64,000 bases of DNA from positions 20,026,001 through 20,090,000 of the forward strand of contig OZ210885.1 in the NCBI GenBank assembly GCA_964658305.1. Direction: 5' to 3'. This document shows, in pieces, positions 49,522 to 62,767 of the stretch. How positions within the stretch are numbered: the first letter of the stretch is position 1; each line of letters opens with the position of its first letter. Position numbers and translations under genes: made by a program. The notes below the pieces were generated by a model that saw only the letters and a program-made list of their open reading frames with translations, ran no database searches and was not told the origin of the DNA. The DNA is from Leptogorgia sarmentosa (taxonomy: Eukaryota).

Positions 49522-49699
49522 ATTTACATGTGACTTACTCTGCTGTTTACCACATATCTTTAAAGTAGGCGGAAGCGACTTATTTGTATAATTTCACTAT
49601 GGCGTGCGAGCGACTGGTTCCGAAAGTTCGCATTTTGAGGTATGGCATACAGTAAAAATGCTATTGCAAAACTGGTAAATTTTAAGATTTTGATCGCTA

Positions 49700-49855
49700 T
49701 TTACAAAAAAACTGCAGGGTGAACCCGCAAGAACTTTTTAGATTTGGATTCAGCGTCATTTAATCTATAAGAATATGTAAATTTTTTTTAGTTTAAAGAG
49801 GTGTGCAACGAAAATCGTTTTCTAGCCATCTTTTGGGGCCCCAGACGACGGCCTA
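49700..49855 (-). repeat. Probable 5' terminus of Academ-A (TAGGCCGTCGTCTGGGGCCCC...)
   Basis: TAG start typical of Academ, at the abrupt boundary with the DIRS fragment. The partner end would lie outside the window. Confidence 0.55.
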
Positions 49856-49882
49856 TTACCCTGTCATTGGGTTTCTCTGTAT

Positions 49883-50550
49883 TCACTGTTGTTTCTGCTG
49901 CCGGGTTTGAGACCACTGGTGCCCGCCTCTTGAGCCTTTCCTCCTCTTGGAGAAGCTCTGGCCCCGGAAGTTTTTTGACGCCTTGTTAAAAGTGTGGCTG
50001 TGGGTAGTATTGAAGCTACCAGAGTTCCCATGATAAGCAGGTTTGTGACTGGGAAGAACACGAACACCTATTTTGTTCTCATCCCCAATGTCCTTCAGTT
50101 GTTTTTGCAACCAGTCAGTGAAGGGAACCTGTGGCGAGCAAAGGGCAGCATACTCCTTGCCAATATCAGGTTTCATAAACAATTTTCTTTGAATATTCAA
50201 CTCATAATTTGTATGAGTAAGGAGTGACAAGGATTCTAAGGCTAGTCTTTTTGCTTGCAGTGTCCTATCGCCGCTTAGGTCTCCAGAAATACATAAGTCG
50301 GCTATTTTAATAACAGGTATGATGCCTTTGATTAAAACCTGTTGTATCTTGTAAAGATTAAAGTCGCGTTTCTTTGTGTATTCCCCCAGGCGACGATAAA
50401 TACCTATGTTGACACGCGTTGGTTTTGCAGTGTCACAGTTGGCTGGTCTCGCATGGCGATCCATTTTTTCCTCCAAGGTTTTGTCCGCCATTTTGGAACG
50501 GAACATCTTAGCGACTAGTTTGGCCAACTGATTGTTTGCGATCTTGTTGC
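49883..50550 (-). pseudogene. DIRS-type retrotransposon gag-like fragment
   Basis: RPANC...VN.GIY...RDFNLYKIQ...LNIQRK...YAALCS...TDWL followed by a basic tail; recognised by resemblance only. Confidence 0.65.
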
Positions 50551-53500
50551 CAAAAAGGCTGAATTTTAATATGATATAACAATTCGTATAATATAAATTA
50601 TATATTTATGTATAATAGGATTTGTTAAAATCCTAACGGCATTACCTTATTATTGCCATATATACATACATATCTTGATCTGTTGAGATATAAACGAAAT
50701 CTATGGTGAAATCCAGCATATGCACACGAAATCTACATTTCATTGGCTGCGAAATCCTAATATTTTCAATTCACAAATTTATGTTGTTAACTTGTTATTG
50801 TAATATCAACAATATTACAAGAAGCTAATCAAAGGAGACATTCTCTACCGTACTTTGATCAAAATAATCCAATCACAATCCTCCATCTAACTGCAGGATT
50901 AGTAAAAAATCCATATGCTTTAGTCAAAATTTTGCAATGATTAGTCAAAGTATTTTTGACCAATCAACACAATGTGTGGCTAGAGCAAATTGGACCAATC
51001 AAATTACATGATCTAAAATGCAGATTAGTCAATTCTTATTCGAATACCGCTTATTTGACTAATCGGTTGACTAATCAATTGCTGGCTCAATGTGCAAAAT
51101 CTGATCGAAGTGTGATGGATTTTGATTGCATAATTGAAATTTGAGAAGAGTTTCATTCAATTGGAAAATAATTTTGAAACCTTTGTCCAAATTTCCCCCC
51201 CTCCCCCATGCCTTTTTTATATTAGTCGTGTGATTAATTTGACCACCCCTAGATTCGCCCTTGTGCGCAAATGATTGCTTCTGAGAAAAGCACATGCTCT
51301 GGGAAACTCCTACACATGTTTTGGTAAAATATCATTATATTTAAGGTACTGAAATTAGGGGTTTTAAAAGGCTTTGTATACTGGATTGGTATAATCTGAC
51401 TGAAGAGTGACCTTTAAAAAACCATAATTTCTGCACTAAAATGCCAATATTGAAAAAATAAAACTACTTCTGTAATTTCATATTTCTCATTTTTACTAAT
51501 CTGGGTGAACTTGCCTGCAATATTGTAAAAAGTCAGTTGCAGGTATGTAGCTGTTGCAAAAAGGGTAACACAATGGGCTAATTGGTGTGATGCAGCATAT
51601 TTGTAAACTAATACCAAGTCATCAAGGCTGATAGTCTCATCAAGCTATAACAGCTTGTTCCAAACTTGTTCCAACAACTTGGAACTCGGAAGAAATAGTT
51701 CTACAATTTGCTGCAGTGGCGAATTAGGTGTCCTTGCTTTGTGTCACAGTGTTAAGCTTTACTTTGCGATTTTGTCTTTTAAGATTTGCTGAAGCAGTTT
51801 ATTTTATTAGCCGATAATTACACTTAAAATTTATTACTCGCAAGGGCATTTTCGAAGTTCAAGGGATTTTATGTTTCAGCCGTGCATTGCACTGTGCTGT
51901 GTACCTGCAGGGATTATCCACTGACTTGTGCCCGATTGCAGGTTAAGCAATACCAGATTTGAAGTTCAGATTTGCTCGCTATCTTGCAAATGAGTGTTGC
52001 TGTTCTGCTTTCGGTTGTCGCATTTTCTCTATTGAATTATCTTGTGAAATTTAGCATCCTTTTCATTATTTGGCATGTATAGACAAAGATAATAATCTCA
52101 TTCAGGTATTTTACAGAATTAGAGTGAAGGTGAGGTGATTATGATTATATTTCAGTGTTTTGCATGTGAATGTTTACCGTAGCGATCGAGGCTATGTATT
52201 TTATAACAATATCCCTTACATTTTAGGTGAAAATATCCAATCTCCTGTTTAAGTTAAGAGGAGAGAAAAGAGAAAATAACTATCTAGACGATCAGGTAAA
52301 GTTCTTTTTATATTTCCCTTAAATAAACTTATGCAATGAATAGCCGCATTCTTTGCTTTGGCGAGTGGCGTCTTGTCTGAAATCATATACTCTCAAAGAC
52401 AAATTGTTATGTGATCTCAGTTGTGGCATGATGCCTAAGACTTCTAAGATTACTAAGATTCTCATCCTGTATCAGTGTACTAAAGGCTTTATACAATCAC
52501 TTTCAAAAGTAGTTGGGACATATGCAGTTTCACATTACATTTATTTATTCCCAATTATACCATCCAGGAAAATGTCCCCACTCCCCCCCTTCCCCAATTC
52601 AATGTTGGGGATGATATTGGAATATGAACAGCTACAGTAATTGTGGGAATCACGACTCAACATTGAATAGGGGGGAGGGGGATTGAAATTTTCCAACATT
52701 GCCTGATTTGTCCTAACACATTTGAAAGTGATTGTATATGCGAACAATACCTACCCCTCTCTTGTAGAGAGAACACCACGAGGTGTTAGAAGACCAGGAG
52801 GTGTTAGAAGATACAGTTTTAGGACACCAGGAGGATGTATTTCAAGAGGTAAATAAAGTTTAAACAAGAATTAGAAATATTGTCATTTATATACACAGGA
52901 AGTTCAAATTCAACATGTTGATGAAGATGAAGTATTGATGCACAGAGAATCAGTCTTGAATTTGATCATCATGATGATGAAACGGCAGTTCATAACAATA
53001 TAATGACGAAAGAGGTGATGAGTACAATACAACGGTGTCTTATGACGATGTGAACCAGGCACAGGCTGTATCGATGGTATTGTCAATTTCAGAGGAAGAG
53101 ATGTTACACTTACATGAAGTTCTAGTTTCATGGAACATTTTCAAATGTTGTTTTTGATACTTTACCGCATAAAAAAGGACGGAAAATATCTGGCATAATT
53201 CCAAGTTATGTCCAACCTGCTTAGTTATCTATATTTTTTCTTACAATCTTACATGCTTTTCTAAACTAACGAGCGCTCAAAATTTCCAAAAACTTTCGGT
53301 TATCCTGGGTAAAAACAAACTTTTTTAGAATGGGAAATGTGGTTACTGAAAGGCCCATTAAAAACGGCTTGCGCCGAAAAAAAAAAGTTTTCTTCACACA
53401 ATTTGATTTAATCGGATAAAAATATGGAGTATGATATACAAGCTATTCAAGTTTTGAGAAATTTGGTGCACGCTGAGACGAATAGGCGATGTCCGAAAAC

Positions 53501-53629
53501 TAGATTTTGCATTCTTTCCTGCATGATTACCAATTAATTTATGCATAATTGGATATTTGCATTAATTATCAATGCAAATTGCAAGCTAATGCCCAAAGGT
53601 CTGTAATTACACAAAGAAATCTACATCTA

Positions 53630-54517
53630 CAGAGTGTATTAAAAAAATGCAATCCAAGTATAAGGCTTTGTAACCAAAACAAGATGTTCCAGGGAGCCTT
53701 AACTCGCTGGGGCTACACAAATAGGGACATATATACATTATACTGTATATCATAGAAATTCGGATTATAATTATTCAGGTTTAGTATTATGATCGACATG
53801 CACCGGTGAAAAACCCATTGAACATGCTACTACGAATGTGCAGAGCTAGACACAATTCAAAATCCATAGAAAACAGGTACAATTTGTTCAAAATTTTCAC
53901 CAAATTGTTCAAAACACTTTGCCCACTCCATGAAAGATCCGCCATTTTGAAAAGGTCATTACGTCAAGCGGTTGAGGCTGCCGAGCGGCCATTGGTTGAA
54001 GCAGCTCATTAATATTCAGTTTTGTGGCTACATTTTTCATAACGGAGCCGAAAACTATACTCGCTGGGGCACCTGTGCCCATTAACTTTTAGTTCATGTT
54101 TTTGCCCTATCTTTTTTCTACTCAATAAGTGGTCGATTGTGACTTTTTAGACCATTTAGGACTTCAAAATAAGTCATTTACTGCAAGCAGTCATTTTTAG
54201 ATGCTTCGAATCCGACATTCTTAATTCCGAAGGGGTCGCTATCGTTGCATGCGAATACTGGCAGCCACATTGAATGATTGTAACCAACTAAAGTTAAATT
54301 TTTAATAAAATTCAAGCTATCTCAAATTTTAAATTGTCCAATCACACTTACTAAAAATAACATTACTTGCTCATTTCCGACTCAAATTGAACAAACAAGC
54401 AGTCTTAAGAAAGCGGAATGATAGAGCTTTCTAACAGTGGTAAATATAGTCTATTTTCTATTTCTTTTCGTTATGAAAATGCATTTGAACGTAAGATTGT
54501 GTTTTTTATACACCCTG
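53630..54517 (+). mobile_element. Tc1/mariner-type non-autonomous element related to 33492-34302
   Basis: Similar TIRs and TA flanks. 54115-54260 and 54275-54517 are inverted homologues of 34060-34200 and 33492-33745; the interior differs. Confidence 0.8.
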
Positions 54518-56502
54518 TAGAGTATAGCGTGAAAGAAGACACAGCCTTGTGTTTTGTTTGCTGTCTATTTCCAACTGGAGTTGGTAGAGAGATATCTTCT
54601 GATGCTTGGGTTAAAGGCGTAAAAGGATGGGACAAAATGAAAAGCGTCAGCAAGGAAAGGAAAAGGGAAATTAGCACAGCACTTCTCAAGCCAACGCATA
54701 AAGCTGCATTAAACGACCTTGCCCAATTTCCACACAGCATGAAGCATGTCGATGTTATGCTCAATAAGCAAATGAGCGCAGCCAAAATTCAAGAGGAAGA
54801 AAACAACCAATGAAACCAGGAGATAATAAAGATATTATTGGACATTGCGAAAATATTAGGAAGACAACAACTGGTATTCAGAGGCACTTATGATGATGCT
54901 GATGGAAATTTTCTCCAAATAACAAATCTTGTGGTGCGCCATAATAGCGATTTAAAGAATTGGTTGTCAAATGAAAAGATGAAGCCATATTCTGTGAAAT
55001 ATTTATCTGTTATCTCTCAAAATGAGCTCATCAACATCATGGCTGAAGATGTCAAAGCTGAATTGTCAATGAAATTGAATCTGCAGGAATGTATTCAGTT
55101 ATGGCTGACACCTCCCCTGACACAGCAAATACTGGCAGGTCATGGCAGTATGTCAATGATGAAAATGAGCCTAAAGAACGAGTTCTAGAAATGAAGGAAA
55201 CTAAGGACAAGTCCGGTGAGGGTCTTGCGAAAGAAGTCTTGCAGTCACTCAACTCGAAAATTGGAAGCCAAGATGGATTGGTTTATGATTCCTACGATTA
55301 CACTGTGTCCATGTCAGGGAAATTCAAAGGAGCCCAAAAATGCCTGCAAACATTGATAGGCTGTAGCGTTGCATACATTCCATGACAGGGTCACCGATCC
55401 AATACATTCATCGAACATTGCTTGAAAACAACGTTGTTTACTCAGATGTATGACCTATTGGAAGCACTCTATGTCTTCTTCAGTAAAAGTTGCAAGTGAG
55501 TTGGTGTTGTTCATGAAGAGCTGAAGAAAATAGAGAATGCGCTTAAGCTGCGTAACCTTTCGAAGGCTCGCTGGCTGTACAGAAGCGAATATATAGAACC
55601 CATGTGGAGATCATTCGAAACCATCAAAGATGTCCCGTTGATCCCCAACGGCAAAGTGCTAAAATTTGATTTCATGTTTGCGTTGATGTTCATGCATTTG
55701 ATTATCAAGATTACCAAAATACTTACCATTCGATTGCAGAAGGAAGAGCTTAACATTTTAGATGCTCTCATGGCAATCGAAGAAACTATTTCTTCTTTAG
55801 AAACGATAAGAAGAAACGAGTCAGAAATGAATAACCAAGTGAAAGCTAGTGTTGAATTTGCAAAATCGTTCGATCAGGAAGAGGACTTTCATCGCAAAAG
55901 AGTGAGAAGGGTGAGCAGCCGACAGGATGACAACCCAGATACCGCAGCTTCCATTGAGTTTTATGCGCACTACCAAAAGCTTATGATTGAAGTACTCGAT
56001 TCACTTATTACAGAGTACAAAGAAAACGTCCAACAATGCTTGGACAAGATTCGACCTCTTGCAGATGTTCTTCAACCTCCGATTATAAGCGTGGATTTCG
56101 AGCAAGCCGAAGAAATCTCAAAGCTGCTTCTGATACTGTCGATCCTGCTTGTCTAGAAGCAGAAATTGAAATATTTCCACAGGTTGTTGGCATGAGCCAA
56201 GTTCCTTTCAAGTCCGTTCATGATGTCTGTAATCTGGCATATGAACACAAGTCTATCTTCCCTTCCATGTTTAAAGTATTTATGCTTTTGTTTACTGCCC
56301 CAGTCAGCATGGCAAAAAATGGGAGGACGTTCGGTAAGATGAAACTCATCAGGAATTTCCTGTGATCAACCATGTCAGACAAACATCTCAAAGATTTGAT
56401 TCTCTTAGCAGCTAAAAAGGATTTGACAGACAGAATCGATCTGGACGAAACTGTGAAAGTTTGGGATAGCAAAAAGAATCGGAACCTGAAGATTAAATTC
56501 TA
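54518..56502 (+). pseudogene. hAT transposase (ZMYM1/DUF4371-like), degraded
   Basis: EYSVKED..CFVC.LF (TTF-type finger), FRG..D..GNF, YLS..QNELI, MADTSPD, YD...MSG..KG, C..H, RW, and PVSMAKN.RTF.KMKLIR. Confidence 0.85.
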
Positions 56503-56799
56503 AAGTTTAATAATTAGTCTTCAGTAACTTTATCGTATACAAACTGGCAAGCAGGAAAGCAAATAACTCTATAAACTTCTATTTGACATTTTTGTTTGTG
56601 CTAATGTCCTGCTTGTCTAATTAGTTCTATACAAACAATAATTACTTATTCGTTTTGCAACATAATAGATACATCGAATTTAAATGACTGTATTGACATC
56701 CATACCTTTGGCAATGATGTTATAGTAATAGTGCATATTTATGATATACATTAGCAAATACTTGCCTAGAACTACTGTCCACGCCTCTTTTTGTTGGGC

Positions 56800-56867
56800 A
56801 AAACTTGATTTTATTGGGCAAATATTGTTGGCACCCCCAAAATGCCGATACCCAAGTTACGCCCCTG
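56800..56867 (+). repeat. Probable hAT 3' terminus (...AGTTACGCCCCTG)
   Basis: Reverse complement CAGGGGCGTAACT is a typical hAT end; no partner end was found. Confidence 0.55.
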
Positions 56868-57884
56868 CAGGTAAATGTCCAGTGTCATCATATCTCACAC
56901 TTTTGATTGGTGTTGTTGGAGAAGCTTGAGATTTTGTTTTCTTTTTTGGAGGAGTTAAGGATGCCCTTCCACACTGTGTTTTCTGTACTTTGCCAGCCAC
57001 CAATACGGATGTTGCTATAGAAGACTAAAATTGAAGAAGTGACATTTGGCTCTTTGCTGGGACATCCGATTGGGAGCAATGTCTGCAATAGAGTAACCAC
57101 CCATTTACCACACTAAATAAAGCATAGTATTTGGTTGAACAGAGCTGTATCCGATACAATGACATCAACATATCACACAGGTCAACACTGCCCATGTGCA
57201 AATTCTACTGCTCCACAATATTCTGCCTTGGAATCTCAATATGTTCCTTCTCTTTAGCTGACCATCTTTGTGCTGGGCTACCCACTGAAGTTCCAATTTA
57301 GTTGGAAATAAGTTGCACTGCACCATTACACAGCCATTGTATGATGGTGATATTTGTATTGGCATCAACACACCAATCACTTGAACCTCTGGCACAATCT
57401 CATTTTGACCTATTTTGACCTTTTTCAGTAATTCAGGTAAAAATGAGATCTATGAATATTAATGATATGAAGATTTGCACTCTATGCTACAATCTAAAAT
57501 TTGTTTTAAATCTCCTACAGATTAAAACATAAATAATCCCTGATAATCATTGTGCAAAATCGTGTCGCGATGTGATACGAACTGACTTAGTGGTTTTAAC
57601 CTGCTTTAGTTATGCAACTAATTTTGAATATTGTGAATGGCAATTAGTATGGGCCAGTATGGTACAATTTAAAATCGCTTGTAAATTTCTTCAAAATCAA
57701 AAAATGAAAAATCTAACTCTGTCAGTCCATGGGGAATATCCCTTAGAATCGCTGTATTAAGTCTCATGGTGGTCCCTTACGAATTGACGGAGCCTTAGGG
57801 TTTTTTAAAGAGGCATCAGCCCCAAACAACAACAACAACAAGATTAGCAGCGTTTGATGACCAGTTCCTGGTCCAACGGTTCCT

Positions 57885-58175
57885 GGTACAATAATTTGTT
57901 CCTCAATTGAATACTTTTCCTCTCGTGGAATTTACTTGAAATTCTGCAAAACTGAATCAAGAACAGGTCTTACTTTGAAATGTTTATCAGAATTGGGATC
58001 ACCTTTTAGGACCATTTTGGAGTTGTCATTGCAATGGAGATATTGTTTAATTTTGTCAAGGTGATTGATACACATTGCATCAGCTATTGCTGGAGTGTGA
58101 GTACCACTTGACTGATACATCCGATACTGTGGCAACTTTATCAGCCCCATCACCAGCAGTATCCCAAAATACAGT
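57885..58175 (-). pseudogene. piggyBac transposase fragment
   Basis: YFGILLVMGLIKLPQYRMY...IADAM...IKQYLHCNDN...DKHFKVRPVLD...SIEEQI. Confidence 0.8.
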
Positions 58176-58657
58176 CCCGGATTAACTCCATGGCAGACCC
58201 GGCATATGCCGGGGGCCCCATGCTTTTGGGGGAGATGCATTTAAACAGTGTGAACATTTGTAGTTTTGGTGATTTTTTTGTTGGTTTTGCTAAATTCTTG
58301 ATGCGATAACTAATTAGATGCCGAAAACAAGTGCTTATCTGAGTGTGTGCAAAATTTAAAAGGAAACTCTTGAAACTAAAGACCAACAAGCAACATTTCA
58401 AAAGACCATGTAGAATTCCAGGTAAGGTAATTTTCTCTTGTTCCAGCACTGCATTTGACCTCGAACTACACTCATACTATCTGGATTTTAGGCACAAAAT
58501 TTGCATACAATTTTTAATGTGCAACTACTTAAACTAAATTCAGCATTAATAGGTGTTTGCTCGCCATTTTAAAAGGTTCTTTTTGTGTTTTATTTCAGAC
58601 CAATGGTTGCCACACGACCGCTATGCCCAGCAAATATAGGCAATCAAATGACAAAAG

Positions 58658-60247
58658 ATGTCGGTCCCCTCGACTAATGTAGACCAGTGGACTAAAAAGT
58701 CATGCATAGACTTCCTGAGAGGTGTAAAAGGGGCTAAAGTATCCGTCACTAAAAATGAACTAATTGCTCGTGTGAAAGCTTACTTAGAACATCCCGATAT
58801 TTTGGAAAGTATTCAAAATGCCCCAGAAATATCATTCCCTGCAGCTCTTGATATTGATAGTTTAGAAGAAACTACATTGCAATGGATTAGTGCAAAAGAA
58901 AACCTACCTTGTGTAACTGTTAGTGCACTTGAAGCTTATGTTAACACACAAAAGCAGGCAGCACAAGCTATGTAGGAAAAAGGTTATAGAATGTTTGCTT
59001 CACGAAAGATTGTGAACATTCAAACAGCTTCACATAGTGAGGAATTTTTTGTGAAGCCTTTCGTAAGGCCGAGCATGGAGAACAAACCAGCAAGGCCTCT
59101 GTGGATCTTGTTTTCAGACAACCAACCACAAAAAGCTTTTTGTCAATGCCCTTCAGGTAAAAGTGGACTATGTTGTCATGTGTCTGCTGTACTTTATGCA
59201 TTAGAGGAATATCATAGAACTGGAAATCTAAGTCTAGAGGTTGCATGCACTTCAAAACTTCAAACCTGGCACAAAAATAAGCCATGGCAAGGAAAACTAA
59301 CAGAAATTGACAACATTAAAGTGCAATCAGCACATAAGAAATTAAAGAGTCCCCAACAGACAGAATCAAGACCAGTATTGAAAAAGGTCCAGCAAAGCAT
59401 GTCAACCCATGCATCAGATGCATGTAACAGGCAGAGAGAACTATGACTTCTCCAGTGTGTGAGTTCAAGTACTAATTCTTCAGTGTGGAAGGTTCTGAAT
59501 CATAGATATAACCATGACCAAAATATCAACCAAGAGGCACTTTCTGAAGGTAACCTTTTGTGGAGCAAGGAACTGAAACAGTTTCTAAGAAGTTTCATAC
59601 CGAAAATATAACCTGTGGTCAAAGGGACAATGCCCTTTGGTGGGAATATCGTCAGTACCGAATAACATCATCTATTGCTAGGAAAGTGCTGCACTCAACA
59701 GATGTTGGTAGGTCTGCCCTAATAGCAGAAGTCATGGGTTTAGGGCATGCACAAAATCAGGAAAACATCCCTCCTGCTATGCATTATGTGGCATTCAAAA
59801 TGAAGCAAAAGCTCGCCAAAGATACTCAAACCTAACTGGGCAAAAAGTTGAAGAATGTGGTTGTTTTGTAGATGGCATTCTCGTTGCTTCACCTGATGGG
59901 TACATCCCTGGGTTAGATCGCCTTCTTGAAATAAAGGGGCTGTTCAGTCATAGAAGTCGGTATGTTGCTAGGGCTATCCAGGAAAAACAGTCTGAGAAAT
60001 CTTTCCCTTATGCACTTGATTCAAACGGAAAACTTTGTTTAAAAAAGGATTGCCCAAGGGGTTATTATGAGCAAGTACAAATGTGCAGATGGGCCTCTCA
60101 GGAAAACACCTTGTTGACTTTGTTGTCTTTTCAGATATAGATTTGGAAATGTGTACAATTGAGTTTGATGAAACATTTTTTCTAGATTTAAAATATAGAT
60201 TACTGGCTTGGTATGAGGTCTACACTAAACTTCTTCTGACATCCTAA
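58658..60247 (+). pseudogene. Second ISL2EU ORF2 (SAP + SWIM + YqaJ), degraded
   Basis: KNELIARVK, CQCPSGKSGLCCH, ACTS..QTWH, TCGQ...WWEYR.YRITSS, ASPDG...LEIK, YYEQVQ. Confidence 0.82.
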
Positions 60248-60448
60248 ATTGTAATGTTCTTTTGGTTATATTTAGGCTATGTTTGAATATTGTTTTTACA
60301 TATTAAATTTTATTTAAATTGCACTTCCAATTCAATTTTTTATATAATCAATGGTAACTAATACTGATATTAATTTAACAAGATTACTAACAGCAATCAA
60401 CATGTACATTGTGTTCAAAAATTCAAACATGTACATTATTAGTTATAA

Positions 60449-61300
60449 TTATTCTTCAGACGGATCAACTTTTGGGCCAACAGGTGGAGTCATATTCACA
60501 AGGAAGTCAATCACTTTCCAGGCAGGATTCAGAAGGTCATACTGATTCATTGGCCACAGCTGTGATGAGATATGCCAGTTCCTCATTCGTCCAATGAACC
60601 TTTCAACATGGATGCAAAGATGTGCAATCTCAAAGGTTTTTGCACAATCAGAAACAGACATTTGATTATCCTCCAACATAGGTGGTGCATAATGAAAAAG
60701 CCCCTTTTCAACACAATTGTCCTGGATAGTAAAACCTCTGTCAGTCATTACTCCCCTTCCACTCTCAACATTGTCCAGTATACAAGATCTGAGTGTTATT
60801 TAATTGTCAGATGTTGACCCTGGCATTAGATCACTAAAATAACACCCTACACCATCTGGGGTAATACCAACTAACCCTTTGACTGTCGCACAGTTCTTGT
60901 AGGATGAAAAGTTCATTGACTGCAGATCACAATTGGATGCAGTTTGAACTTTTATCTCTGTGCAGTCCAATATAACCCTTGTTTTGGGATACTTGAGCTT
61001 AAAATCAGTAGGCATAAAAAACTCATCAATGTACTCTAGACTAGGCCATAGGTTAATCTTGCTGACGAGATTGTACAGGAATGTTATCCACCCTTCAAAT
61101 ATTCTTGCTATGGTCTGTCTTGACAAGCCTAATCTGTCTGCCAAATCTTCATACTGCAAACCTAATCTCAACTTAACTAATACGGCAAAAAGTTCATTCT
61201 TTCTGCTAATACCTTGCCTCTGTGGGGTACATATCTCTGGCTCCACAAACTGCCACAAAGAATTAAACTGTTCTTTGTTTAACCCAGTAAAAAAACCATT
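60449..61300 (-). pseudogene. Second ISL2EU DDE transposase, degraded, convergent with ORF2
   Basis: LVKLRLGL..EDLA.R, ILDCTE, FSSYK, GITPDG, GSTSD, MTDRGF, IHVERFIGRM. Confidence 0.85.
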
Positions 61301-61907
61301 TTACTGTTATCGAGAATAACACCAAACTGACCCATTTGCAGCTTATATTCTTGCAACTTCATCTTCAATTTCACAAACTTTACTGTGCTCTATGTCAGTG
61401 CAAGTTATACTTTTTTCCAATGCTTGTTTTAATTCTTTAATTTGATCGGTCCCTGTCTTGCACTATCTTATTTAAATTTTCAATTTCAGTTTGCTTCTTA
61501 TCCAATCTTTTTTTCATCATTTTTTCTTTGTATGTTATGAAATGCTGAGTTCCACATGCAGGTGAAGGGACAGGGCCTGTAACTAAGGCCACCAGCCCAC
61601 CACAGTTTTTTGCTCTGTTCTCATATGGATATGTTTCACACAGGATTCAGTAAACTGATTATAAATGTATTACCCAGCAGACTAACATGCTATAATGGTG
61701 ACAGCCTATTAAACAACTGAAGCACATACATAGGGATCAACCGAATATGCTGTATACACACATTTCCTCACATAACAGATTGCACCCGATTAAAGATGAT
61801 TGTAATATTATTGAATTCCACATTGTCTGTAACAACCATTTTGTTGAAGTATATATGATATATCTTTGTGTAATCCAGTTGATGCCACCAGTGAACATAA
61901 TGGTTAA

Positions 61908-62497
61908 AGCTGGGTTACAGTCGCTTCTGCGCATGTCTCAAATGTGTACACATTTTGTAAACATTGCCATATAATAACATTGCGTAATTCAGAAAGATGG
62001 CTGACACAGGGGAGTGCCAAATTGCAATTGTTTTACGCTACAGCAAAGTTGACAGTTTTCAACCGATTCCACCGACCGATAGCATTATTATTTGTCAACT
62101 TTGCTGTAGCGTGTTGAATTAATATGTGTATTTGTATTTATATGCGACATGATATTTGATACCAACAGCTTACTTATGGGGAATTCATATCACTTTGTAT
62201 AATTTAATTTCGCCACACAAATCCTTCACGTTTAGTTTACCCGGGATGATACTACTATGCACTATGCAATGCAGCTTCGTACGCATTAGGTAACTCGGTT
62301 TATATTTGATTTTGAAACATTTTCATCACGAAATAATTCATAGAAGCACACTTTTTAATACATATTTTTTAGATATAAAGTTCTTTTTACCGCGTTTCTT
62401 GCTTCCATCTTTCTGAATTACGCAATGTTATTATATGGCAATGTTCACAAAATGTGTACACATTTGAGACATGCGCAGAAGCGACTGTAACCCAGCT
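61908..62497. mobile_element. Kolobok-type MITE
   Basis: ~93-bp TIRs AGCTGGGTTACAGTCG..., TTAA on both sides (61904-07, 62498-501), and an internal 20-bp inverted repeat (62035-54 / 62093-112). Confidence 0.85.
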
Positions 62498-62767
62498 TTA
62501 AACATATATTTTAGTAAGAATTCCAAAGCTATATAACAAAAGAGAAAAAAATGTTATTTGGGGGGCATGTACAGAATTTTAAAGGAAAAAACGTACCATT
62601 TTATCCAGTGAACCATCTTTGAATTTTCACACATACAGTGAAAGTTTTAAAAATTAAAGTAGATTTATGCAATTATTTGGAAAATAAGATGTGTTAGTTA
62701 ATATAAGTTTATTGTAATGAGGATCCATGACTGTAATCCCATCTTTTATTCAAACGCAATGGTTTGT

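Noticed and set aside
51714..51735. CAGTGGCGAATTAGG as the left end of the hAT element
   Set aside because: Poor match to the right end at 56867 and no 8-bp TSD.
50560..53600. Short ORFs in an AT-rich stretch
   Set aside because: No recognisable motifs or consistent exon chain; probably decayed repeats I cannot classify.
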